Sequence record: PQ850608.1
Origin: Escherichia phage HermannAdler_Bas98
DNA length: 64,000 bases
Strand: one strand, 5' to 3'
Below the pieces are notes generated by a model, which saw nothing but the letters and a program-made list of their open reading frames with translations, was not told the DNA's origin and did not search any database. Numbering within the stretch: the first letter of the stretch is position 1; every line of letters begins with the position of its first letter. The translations under genes were made by a program, and so were the position numbers. Shown piece by piece: positions 40,581 through 48,979 of the stretch.

Positions 40581-41456
40581 CTATTTATTGAAATTAATAT
40601 TATGGGTGTTAACAAGACGTTCACACATGGCGCTATAAACACCATCGTCGTGTATTGAGTCTTCGTGCTTCAGGCCGCTGATTGCGAAGCGTGTAAGCTT
40701 GACAATCTTAAGCTCGAACAGATGCCACATGTGGTAGTCTTCCGGTGTCTTCAAAGTTACGCCATTAGGGAACAACACCTGCATAACCTGACCTACCATC
40801 ACAGCGTTATCGCCATAAACGGCATTGCGCTCACGGAAGGTCGCGGCCATCGCATCAAGAATATCAGCAGCGGTTGCTGGGGCTTGTTGTTCAACTTCAA
40901 CAAGTTTAGTCTCTTCTTTCCCTGTTGCACTTGGATCAACTGCTAATTGTTGCACCACTTCACCTGCCTTGCAAAGATTAAATGTAAAGGCGATTTTATT
41001 TTGCGCCATGGAATTATAGTGCAAAGCTTCTTCTTGCATCCGCGCGAGTACGTCTTGTCGGTCGTCGAATACATTGATGATTCGATAATCGCCGTGCCGC
41101 AAAGCGTGCGATAGCCATGCAGATTTCATAATAGTTGATGGACGTTTGTCGCCATAGTCTCTCATCTTGATTGTAAATTCATCAAAAGGGAAAACATTGT
41201 CCAGACGTTCAAAAGTCACTTGTCTGTATTTTTCTGGCCTTGCAGTCCAATATTCAACCGCCTCACCGCGAAGAGATGCCGACTCTACTGCTGATGCAAT
41301 GTGAGGATAGAACTGATCATAACCAATACCGCTGTGATAGTCATCATAGTCTGACAACGGACCTGCCACCTTGATGCGGTCTAAGCGCCAACGGTCATCA
41401 AACAGCGTTCCGTCAAGGTCGAATACGTTTAAGATTTCGCTGTTTTTAATGCTCAT
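40581..41456 (-). CDS. HAD-superfamily phosphatase with C-terminal extension
   Basis: N-terminal motif I FDLDGTLFD (DxDGT); 291 aa, C-terminal half unassigned. Confidence 0.6.
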   Translation of the reverse strand: MSIKNSEILNVFDLDGTLFDDRWRLDRIKVAGPLSDYDDYHSGIGYDQFYPHIASAVESASLRGEAVEYWTARPEKYRQVTFERLDNVFPFDEFTIKMRDYGDKRPSTIMKSAWLSHALRHGDYRIINVFDDRQDVLARMQEEALHYNSMAQNKIAFTFNLCKAGEVVQQLAVDPSATGKEETKLVEVEQQAPATAADILDAMAATFRERNAVYGDNAVMVGQVMQVLFPNGVTLKTPEDYHMWHLFELKIVKLTRFAISGLKHEDSIHDDGVYSAMCERLVNTHNINFNK

Positions 41457-42262
41457 CCTTTTGATACTCCATCTTTAGCAACTGGATTGTTGGTGATTGG
41501 CATTGCACTCCAAAACTGGATGCGCAACTCTTCTTGCTGTGCCGTGGTATCCATCCAATCACGATACCAAGGGCAATGGGCTTTGCCATGACGAGGAAAC
41601 GCGCATTTACCCATACCGATGCATTGCGGCTGTAATAGTGGATTTGCCCACGGGTGCACCTTGAGGACTTCCGCAACCATTGCGCGGAATACTTCTTGAT
41701 ACTCGCCTTGGGTGCGCGTGCACAAGCGGTTTGACGCCATCTGCTGCAGCGTGCGCAAGTTGAACTTTGCCATGATATGCGTTTGCATATTAGAAGGCAA
41801 CACGGCACGTGCATCTTGAATCTCTGCGCCAGCCGCGCGAAGCTCTTGGTATAGAGCGTCAATCGTGGCCATCGCATCATCCCACTTCTCTGCCAATGAG
41901 TGATTTCTTATGTGCACATCATCAAATGCATTTTCATCATTGCAGTCAAAAGGGTGCTCGAATGCCTTCGGACGAATCGCATCAAATGCAGACGACTCCT
42001 GAGCGCGGCTGGTGCGTTCTTGATATGCGCCTGTGCGTGTGCGTACCATCTGATGGGTCATGTTCTTTGATACAGCTGTGATATCAAAGATATAGTCCAC
42101 AAAGTCAAAAGGAGACCTGATTGTATCAAGCATGTAGCGCCAGTGCTCTTGCTTCTCTGATTCTGTCATCTCAGAGACTGGCTTACCAGTCATGCGCGTG
42201 TTCTTTGTTTCCAGCAAAAGGTCAAGTGCATCTTGGGTGTATCGAATTAATTCAACTTTCAT
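41453..42262 (-). CDS. Divergent ThyX-like (flavin-dependent thymidylate synthase family) protein
   Basis: Aligns by eye to the ThyX core: QMVRTRTGAYQERTSR where ThyX has the RHR-x7-S motif, and RAVLPSNMQTH...R.L..M...R against the second ThyX block; Cys-rich C-terminal tail CIGMGKCAFPRHGKAHCPWY. Confidence 0.65.
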   Translation of the reverse strand: MKVELIRYTQDALDLLLETKNTRMTGKPVSEMTESEKQEHWRYMLDTIRSPFDFVDYIFDITAVSKNMTHQMVRTRTGAYQERTSRAQESSAFDAIRPKAFEHPFDCNDENAFDDVHIRNHSLAEKWDDAMATIDALYQELRAAGAEIQDARAVLPSNMQTHIMAKFNLRTLQQMASNRLCTRTQGEYQEVFRAMVAEVLKVHPWANPLLQPQCIGMGKCAFPRHGKAHCPWYRDWMDTTAQQEELRIQFWSAMPITNNPVAKDGVSKG

Positions 42263-42275
42263 TTTAATTATCCTA

Positions 42276-42722
42276 TTAACGGTAATTCACTAGTTGCTGA
42301 TCACCAGAGAAGGTGCAATGATAAACGAATTGTGCGTTATAAAGCAACTGAAAACTTTTCTTTGGTTCATTATTAGAACTCATTGATGTAAAGATTTCTG
42401 CACCAGAACGGTTTTCACCAATCAGGTTAATAAAGTCGCCAGTTGAACGAGGCTGAACGAAAGTGAAACGCTGCATCCACGGAGTCCGGTTGGCACCTTT
42501 TCCGGTGAATCCCTGAATCTGAATATTCAGACCTTCTTGCTCGTTCACACCGATGTAAGTGGTAATTGTTGCGCCAGTCGTCGCTGCAGTCTTGCCGTCC
42601 ATCGCTTCGCAATCGTAAACAGCGATTGAATCGGAAGTACGGACAGCGGCTTCAGTCGCTTCCATATACATGGTTCCGAGAATAGCAGTTGCGGCAAGCG
42701 CGATTCCAGTGATGCGTTTCAT
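42276..42722 (-). CDS. Secreted protein with signal peptide
   Basis: N-terminus MKRITGIALAATAILGTMYMEA; 148 aa. Confidence 0.5.
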   Translation of the reverse strand: MKRITGIALAATAILGTMYMEATEAAVRTSDSIAVYDCEAMDGKTAATTGATITTYIGVNEQEGLNIQIQGFTGKGANRTPWMQRFTFVQPRSTGDFINLIGENRSGAEIFTSMSSNNEPKKSFQLLYNAQFVYHCTFSGDQQLVNYR

Positions 42723-42787
42723 TTTCGTTTCCTCTATGAGTTCTGCTTCAATGATTAAAGTATACGCCCATTGAAGCAGAAAGCAAA

Positions 42788-43783
42788 TTATTTATTAGCA
42801 ATATAAGCAAATTTTTGATAGTTATTTGCTTTGATGAGTTTTTCAACTTCAGCAAGGTCATGAGCGACGTCATCAAGCAAAATGTTTCGCCAAGTAGCGA
42901 ATCGACCGACACTAAATACGTTCAAATCCATGGTCAGTTGCAGGAGTAGAGCGTGTCGCAAGTCTTTCGGAATGTCGACAATCTTGCCATACTTCTGGTC
43001 GACCTTTTCAACTTCTTCGAGAGCGATGTCACTCCATGATAGGCCAAAGGCTGTCAATACTTCGTCAACTTCTGCACGCAACTTAATGTCACGGTAACGA
43101 GTAATGCCGCCAGCGGCTTCAACTGCGGCTTCACTTACGCTAACCAAAGGAATTGTTTCGATGATCAGCGTGTCACCAGTGATTGATGCGCGGTAAGTTC
43201 TGACGGAGTAGTCAGGGAAGTAAATTGTCTGATACAACTCACACTTACGTTTAATCTTAAAGCGGTAAACACGAATGTTTGCTTTATCAAATGAAAAATC
43301 AAGCTTTTGATCAATCCCAGCCAGCTTCATCATAACTGGCAGCGGCGACGTGTTGATGATTGGCGTCTCGCTATAGCCGCAAAGAGTATCAACAGGAGTA
43401 TTAAAGAATATGCGGTCGCCCAGTTTGTCGACAAGCTGATCATAAAAGTCATCAGGCGCAATATAACGCGTTGCAGTTTTAAGCTTCATGATTGAACGGC
43501 TGCCAAACTGATTGGTGACCTTCATGGAATACATATTGGCAAGGTTGATTGGACAATGGTCGTGGTAGTAGTTGCCGCGAAAATACACAGCCTTGTCAAC
43601 TGTCACGGCCTTAAAAGGGATTCCGGTAATACGGCTTACTTCTTCGCCGCGAAAGCGTAGCAGTGCCTTGTGCTGTGGCGCTCGCTCCCCTGCTTCGTAC
43701 ACAATAGAGTTCGGGAAGTGACACGCGGTGATAAGTCCTGCCAAACCGCCGCCGATAATCATTACAGGTTGTTTCATGTTCAT
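42788..43783 (-). CDS. FAD/NAD(P)-binding oxidoreductase
   Basis: Dinucleotide-binding GxGxxG at N-terminus (MIIGGGLAGL) followed by acidic residue pattern; 331 aa. Confidence 0.6.
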   Translation of the reverse strand: MNMKQPVMIIGGGLAGLITACHFPNSIVYEAGERAPQHKALLRFRGEEVSRITGIPFKAVTVDKAVYFRGNYYHDHCPINLANMYSMKVTNQFGSRSIMKLKTATRYIAPDDFYDQLVDKLGDRIFFNTPVDTLCGYSETPIINTSPLPVMMKLAGIDQKLDFSFDKANIRVYRFKIKRKCELYQTIYFPDYSVRTYRASITGDTLIIETIPLVSVSEAAVEAAGGITRYRDIKLRAEVDEVLTAFGLSWSDIALEEVEKVDQKYGKIVDIPKDLRHALLLQLTMDLNVFSVGRFATWRNILLDDVAHDLAEVEKLIKANNYQKFAYIANK

Positions 43784-43863
43784 TTGTCCTTTGTGGGTGA
43801 TATGAGAAGTATAATAGCTAAATTATTTTACAGCAACAAGTCATTTCTATTTAGTACAGACGA

Positions 43864-43890
43864 AAAAAGACCCACAACAAGTGTGGGTCA
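43864..43890 (-). terminator. Rho-independent terminator (minus strand)
   Basis: GACCCACAACAAGTGTGGGTC hairpin, T-run on minus strand (AAAAAA on plus). Confidence 0.6.
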
Positions 43891-43917
43891 ATTACCGCTA
43901 TATAACCGTCCTACAGG

Positions 43918-44763
43918 TTATTCCGCTTGATCACCGTCTTCGGCATCGTCGTTGGATTCAACATCGACAAACTCGATGTGGCCCATCTCTTCCAGCTTGC
44001 TCAGGTAGGAGCGAACGGAAGCGCCAAACAGCTGATCTTTAACTTTCTCGCCCAGCTCATCGATAGACTGCGCCACGCCAACTTCGCCTTCTTTGATCGC
44101 CGCCAGAACGCGCCCACGGGTGGAGTGCTCCTGCGGCTGGCTCAGGCCGTTGCCAGTGTAGATGAAGTGAGTAGCTTTTGCACGGCGCTGACCGTTTGCC
44201 TTTTTGGCAGCCTTGCGCTCTGCGATGGCTTTGCGACGTTCTTCAGCTTCTTTCTTACGCTGTTCTTTTTGCTGTTCTGCAGCTTCTTTCGCCGCGATCT
44301 TAGCAGCTTCACGCTCTGCCTTGCGTTTCGCTTTCGCTTCTTCTTTAGCCTTCTCTTTTTCGGCCTTTGCTGCAGCACGGGCTTGATCACGCTCTGCTTT
44401 CTTAGCAGCAGCTTGTTCAGCTTTCAGGCGCTTGGCTTCTTCTTTGGCCTTTGCCTTTTCGATTTCTTTTGCTGCTTTAGCGGCTTCACGCTCTGCTTTC
44501 TTAGCAGCAGCCTTTTCTGCACGCTCTTTAGCTTTCTTAGCTGCTTCTTCAGCACGCTTCTGAGCCTTCTCATCAGCAGCCTGTTTGCGCTTCAGCGCGG
44601 CTTCTTCACGCTTGGCTTGTTTTTCCTGCTCACGCTTCTGGCGTTTTTCTTCGGCTTCTTTCTTTTTAGCCAGGCGTTTTTCTTCAGCCACGCGACGACG
44701 TTCTGCTGCGGCTGCTTGTTTTTCTTCTTTAGATAATACTTTGATTGCTTCGGCCATATTCAC
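43918..44763 (-). CDS. Lys/Glu/Ala-rich repeat protein with globular C-terminal domain
   Basis: About 200 aa of KEA-rich low-complexity helix-like repeats (AEEKRLAKKKEAEEKRQK...), then an ordered domain with acidic tail; underlying DNA has tandem repeats. Confidence 0.55.
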   Translation of the reverse strand: MNMAEAIKVLSKEEKQAAAAERRRVAEEKRLAKKKEAEEKRQKREQEKQAKREEAALKRKQAADEKAQKRAEEAAKKAKERAEKAAAKKAEREAAKAAKEIEKAKAKEEAKRLKAEQAAAKKAERDQARAAAKAEKEKAKEEAKAKRKAEREAAKIAAKEAAEQQKEQRKKEAEERRKAIAERKAAKKANGQRRAKATHFIYTGNGLSQPQEHSTRGRVLAAIKEGEVGVAQSIDELGEKVKDQLFGASVRSYLSKLEEMGHIEFVDVESNDDAEDGDQAE

Positions 44764-44916
44764 AGTCCTTAAATAAATTAGTTTATTTTATATTCCCCGT
44801 TTGGGATAACTTAATTATGCCTTCAGTCGCCGCCAGTAGCAACTAAAAACTATGGCGGCAATGCCACTTTAATTAAACTGATTTTCAGTTTTATTTTTCG
44901 TAAATTTACGTCAACA

Positions 44917-46101
44917 TTAACGCGCTTTCAAATCACGGTACACGGTCAGATTCTTCTTAGCACGGGTGATAGCGGTGTACATCATCTTGGAGTACGGAAC
45001 GCCGCGCAGGATTTCTTCCAGCACGCACACATTGTCCCACTCGCTGCCTTGCGATTTGTGCACCGTGATGACATAGCCATAGTCCATGCCTCCAACAGCG
45101 CGTTGCGCTTCTTTGCGCACTTCCTGATCAGTAGAGAAGGAAAGAGGATTGATCTTCACCTTTATATCTTTACCATCAGTTAATGAACGTAAGTTGACAT
45201 ACATTATTTCATTCGACTCATCTTCATCCCTTTCGAAGTCCGGCACTGGCTCATAGCTAATAACAATCCCTTGCTCGCCATTACAGAATCCTGGCCCGTG
45301 TTGGTTGAAGGTGCAAATAACCTTCTCACCGATTCCTGGCATTGGCGTTATACGTCCGCTCACTTGCCGTAATAATGAATTCCATTTATCTTTTGTGCTA
45401 TTATAGGAGCAAATAATTTGATCATCTTCGCCCATGAATTTCTTCAATGCAGTAACGCGCGGCGATTCTGCCAATACTTTGACGTCATCGTATTCACGCG
45501 GAGGAAGGCGGTTGCCTTGGCGCACGAAGAAGGAGGCGCGGATTATATTGGACTCTTTCCCTTGCCGCATGATTTCTGTTAACAGTACGTCAACGGCATC
45601 TTCAGTAAAGTAGGCGGCGGCTTTTACCGGAGGGACTTGTCCAATGTCGCCTAATGCCAGGACAGGGATGCGGTGATCAAGAAGGCGCTCTGTGTCCCAC
45701 TCGCCAACCATCGACGCTTCATCGAGTACAACAAGATGCGGCCTTTCATCCAGCTTTGACTTTCTCGAAAAGATTGGCTCATTGTCGTCATTTACGCCGC
45801 GCACGTTATAGATGAACTGGTGAAGGGTCTTAGCGCCACGACAGCCTTTTTGCTTTAATCGGCTTGCAGCCTTTCCGGTCGGCGCAATATAGATAGCTCC
45901 ATACTCACCGACACAACGGCGCACAATCTCGCGAGCAATAGAGGTTTTACCAGTCCCTGCATAGCCAGCAATGAAAAACACGCGCTTCGTCGTTTTACCG
46001 TCCTGCAATCGCTTGTACCATGCAACGGCTTTCTCGATGGCGTCGATTTGTTGCGCGTTAAACTGAATCACTGGCTCATCATTAAATTCTGGAATGTTCA
46101 T
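44917..46101 (-). CDS. RecD/Dda-like superfamily 1 DNA helicase
   Basis: Walker A GYAGTGKTS, Walker B VVLDEASMV, C-terminal TVHKSQGSEWD motif. Confidence 0.8.
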   Translation of the reverse strand: MNIPEFNDEPVIQFNAQQIDAIEKAVAWYKRLQDGKTTKRVFFIAGYAGTGKTSIAREIVRRCVGEYGAIYIAPTGKAASRLKQKGCRGAKTLHQFIYNVRGVNDDNEPIFSRKSKLDERPHLVVLDEASMVGEWDTERLLDHRIPVLALGDIGQVPPVKAAAYFTEDAVDVLLTEIMRQGKESNIIRASFFVRQGNRLPPREYDDVKVLAESPRVTALKKFMGEDDQIICSYNSTKDKWNSLLRQVSGRITPMPGIGEKVICTFNQHGPGFCNGEQGIVISYEPVPDFERDEDESNEIMYVNLRSLTDGKDIKVKINPLSFSTDQEVRKEAQRAVGGMDYGYVITVHKSQGSEWDNVCVLEEILRGVPYSKMMYTAITRAKKNLTVYRDLKAR

Positions 46102-46427
46102 TATAACTCCACTACGCTGTCAAGGTCCAGATATACTGGAATAAAATGGCAATCTTCTTTTCGTTCAAACATCTCACCATCAACATGGCTGAAGAAAACA
46201 GTTGTGTTTGGTATCTTCCATCCTTTCTCGTCGCGCACTAAGTACGCCATGGATTCAACAGGGATGTACAGCGATACCGGATTTGCGGCAAAAATAAATT
46301 TGATTCTGTCTGGTTGACCCAGAAATCGCATGATTGTTAGGCTTGAATTCAATCTTGTATTAAGGAAGGACTCAACGATTCCGACGTGTGTTGCACGTTC
46401 GCGTTGCTTCGTCTCTTTTTCGTTCAT
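46101..46427 (-). CDS. Hypothetical protein
   Basis: 108-aa ORF, first gene of minus-strand block adjacent to divergent promoter region. Confidence 0.45.
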   Translation of the reverse strand: MNEKETKQRERATHVGIVESFLNTRLNSSLTIMRFLGQPDRIKFIFAANPVSLYIPVESMAYLVRDEKGWKIPNTTVFFSHVDGEMFERKEDCHFIPVYLDLDSVVEL

Positions 46428-46530
46428 TTCAGGCGACCTTTGTTAGTGCGGAAATATTTTCTGATAGTATAATTGCAGATATAGTATAAAGCAAAGTAAA
46501 TCGAAATTGTGAACTAAATGGTAAATATTG

Positions 46531-46558
46531 TTGACTTTGTATCACTCAATATTATACT
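46531..46558 (+). promoter_or_regulatory. Sigma70-like promoter TTGACT-N16-TATACT in divergent intergenic region
   Basis: -35 TTGACT 46531-46536, -10 TATACT 46553-46558, then RBS GAAGGAAAG and ATG 46588. Confidence 0.55.
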
Positions 46559-46587
46559 GCAGGTATTGATCACCGAAGGAAAGAAAG

Positions 46588-47670
46588 ATGGCTAGTTTAA
46601 GAGAAGAAGCAAAAATAATCGAAGAGTTTTTGACGGAACTCCAAAGAGGCATTCCAGAAGACGAACGCGTCATGACCGTGTTTGCGCCTGAAGCGACAGT
46701 GCAGACTGACGAGCGCGGCAAGAAGATCAACAGCAGCTTCTGGCCTAAGCCTTGGAAGTTGGGCAAGTCGCTCATGCAGCACCAAAACGGCTATGCGTGC
46801 ATCAGTTCAATGCGTAAGTCTCCCAACCCAAAGACGGGTGAGATGCGATACTGGCGTACAGAGTCGGCCTTTGGTCACGGCATGGCGATGATGGTCGACG
46901 ACATCGGTCACGGTAAAGGGTCCAAAGGCGATTTAGATTTGGAATTCTTTTTTGAGCGACTGAAGCCGACTGTCATCGTCGAGACTTCACCGAACAACCA
47001 CCAGCTTTGGTACTTCTTTAAAGAACCGATTGACCATCTTATTCAGTTCAAAGCGTTCCTTGGGTCTTTCGTTAACATGGTACTCAAGAAGGGCGGCGAC
47101 AACACGATTAAAGACGTAACGCGCGTGGGCCGTGTTCCTGGGTGCATCAACAACAAGCGTGTGACTCACGACGGCCCCTATAAATATGTCGATGAGAACG
47201 GCGACCCGTTCCGCTGCCGACTTGTCCATGCAGACTACTCATTGCGCTACACCATCGAAGACATTTGTCAGGCATTTGGCTTTCACGTCGTCATGCCGCA
47301 AAAGCGTGAGATTCAAATTGACGTCGATGAATACAAGTATGATGCTGTTTGGTATAAAATAGCCCAGCAGATTCTATCGCGCAACAAAATGGGTGAAGGG
47401 TCTGATGGCGACGTCATCGAGAACATGTCAGGCAAGTGCCGCATAATCTGTCCTTGGGGTGAAGAACACACCAACGGCGACCCGTATGGCGCTTACTTTC
47501 GCGGCCCTATTCCTGGTGCAGAACATGAGTTTGTGTTCGGTTGCGCCCACGACTGTCACCGGAAAGGGGAAGGCAAGAAAGGTTGGACTGCTTTTGTTGA
47601 AGCAATCGTCATGCCTTATATTGAGAATCAACTTGACATGATAAATCGTCGTGCAGGTGGCATAAAATAG
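46588..47670 (+). CDS. Primase-like protein (archaeo-eukaryotic primase-type suspected) with C-terminal Cys/His cluster
   Basis: Acidic DxD-type motif MMVDDIGHG, SPNNHQLWY block, C-terminal CPWGEEH...CAHDCH metal-binding cluster; adjacent to VirE-like P-loop protein. Confidence 0.45.
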   Translation: MASLREEAKIIEEFLTELQRGIPEDERVMTVFAPEATVQTDERGKKINSSFWPKPWKLGKSLMQHQNGYACISSMRKSPNPKTGEMRYWRTESAFGHGMAMMVDDIGHGKGSKGDLDLEFFFERLKPTVIVETSPNNHQLWYFFKEPIDHLIQFKAFLGSFVNMVLKKGGDNTIKDVTRVGRVPGCINNKRVTHDGPYKYVDENGDPFRCRLVHADYSLRYTIEDICQAFGFHVVMPQKREIQIDVDEYKYDAVWYKIAQQILSRNKMGEGSDGDVIENMSGKCRIICPWGEEHTNGDPYGAYFRGPIPGAEHEFVFGCAHDCHRKGEGKKGWTAFVEAIVMPYIENQLDMINRRAGGIK

Positions 47671-47728
47671 TTTGCTTTTATTTTCATAGCAACTATAATC
47701 ATTTTATGAACTGAAGCAGAGGTGATTC

Positions 47729-47875
47729 ATGCAAAGCGAAGAATTGAACATCGAGGTTGAATGTCTGTTAAAGTCGTTAGAACCTAAACCAGCAGAGCTT
47801 CCGACCCTTCAAGGAGTCATGGCTCACCATCAAGCGGCTGCGGCCCAACACTACTCTGAATTTGTTAAGGAATAA
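47729..47875 (+). CDS. Small hypothetical protein (48 aa, below track cutoff)
   Basis: ATG behind RBS GAGGTG; stop 3 nt before next ATG. Confidence 0.3.
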   Translation: MQSEELNIEVECLLKSLEPKPAELPTLQGVMAHHQAAAAQHYSEFVKE

Positions 47876-47877
47876 AA

Positions 47878-48168
47878 ATGAACGAACCAAAAATGATGAC
47901 CGTTGAAGAAGCACAAAATCTTCGTGTTGAAAACGAGCTTAAGCTTGTCAACCAGATTCTTCCCTTGTTTGCAGGCTACGCAGTGGAGGAAGTTGTTGGT
48001 GCAATCCTTAACGTATCCACGCATGTCGCTATGAATCTTCAGGCCGAACGATTCAACACGCTGCTGACTATTAAAAACCTTACGGTCAGTGCAACGTTCA
48101 CCGTTGAGCCAGTCAATTTTGACGAAGCTTCAGCCGCGATTCAACAGCAAAGAGATCAAGAGGTGTAG
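47878..48168 (+). CDS. Hypothetical protein
   Basis: 96-aa ORF in same-strand array. Confidence 0.4.
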   Translation: MNEPKMMTVEEAQNLRVENELKLVNQILPLFAGYAVEEVVGAILNVSTHVAMNLQAERFNTLLTIKNLTVSATFTVEPVNFDEASAAIQQQRDQEV

Positions 48169-48169
48169 C

Positions 48170-48433
48170 ATGGGCGCTTTCCGTAACGAGTTCATCTGGA
48201 ACGTTACCAGCAATCTCTCGACCTGCCCTAACTGTGCAAGCGATGTTATCAAGGTGCGGCAACATCGCAACGCGGAGGAAGGTGCCTGGGAAGATGGCGA
48301 CCTTGTAGAGTGCCAGTGCTGCTCTCATGAAGGAGTTGTTGAGCTTCAAGCTGGTGAAGGTTGCCCACCAGCAGAGCGCACAGCACGCGTTGAATGGGAT
48401 GCGACAGACTCCATTGGTGATCCTCAACAGTAA
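48170..48433 (+). CDS. Small Cys-rich (zinc-binding-like) protein
   Basis: CPNC ... CQCC spacing suggests a zinc ribbon; start at Met28 of track ORF. Confidence 0.4.
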   Translation: MGAFRNEFIWNVTSNLSTCPNCASDVIKVRQHRNAEEGAWEDGDLVECQCCSHEGVVELQAGEGCPPAERTARVEWDATDSIGDPQQ

Positions 48434-48552
48434 ATTTAGGTATAGATACTTATGAAAGCCGTAAAGAAATACACATTAATCATTTCCCTTGTTATCATCC
48501 TGGGGCTATTATATGTATTGGATATGGCATATTATTTGGCAGGGGTGAGTAA

Positions 48553-48843
48553 ATGAATATTGTAATTCTTTATGGTGAAAATATCAGCGATGACGACATC
48601 GAAGTTGCCGTTGATGTTTACGGTATCGATGAGGTGAAACGTGTTGAAGAAATTAGTGGCGCAAATCTCAATGAGATTGTCAAAGAAGCTGGCTGTCCTT
48701 CGGAAGAGATTCTGGTGGTTACTAACGATGACCTGTCTTCTATGGATCATTTGCGCCGCATCTTCACCGATTGCCAATACCTTCATGCTGTTCAATCAGT
48801 AAACAAATTGAGAAAGGCATACGCTGACCAATTTCCTTGCTGA
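48553..48843 (+). CDS. Hypothetical protein
   Basis: 96-aa ORF. Confidence 0.4.
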   Translation: MNIVILYGENISDDDIEVAVDVYGIDEVKRVEEISGANLNEIVKEAGCPSEEILVVTNDDLSSMDHLRRIFTDCQYLHAVQSVNKLRKAYADQFPC

Positions 48844-48979
48844 TAGTTCACCAGTTATATTGCTTTAAATTGAGTTTTACTATATTAATATACAACGCCA
48901 GATTTCTGGCGTTTATTTACCGCACCCTGAAAGGATATATCCATGCAACAATATAACAAAGCCGTATCAGGAGGATTAA

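Noticed and set aside
43927-44776. Long plus-strand ORF (269 aa) and several others overlapping the Lys/Glu/Ala-rich gene
   Set aside because: Artefacts of the repetitive GC-rich low-complexity DNA. The translation is Phe/Leu/Ser/Cys-rich nonsense-like sequence.
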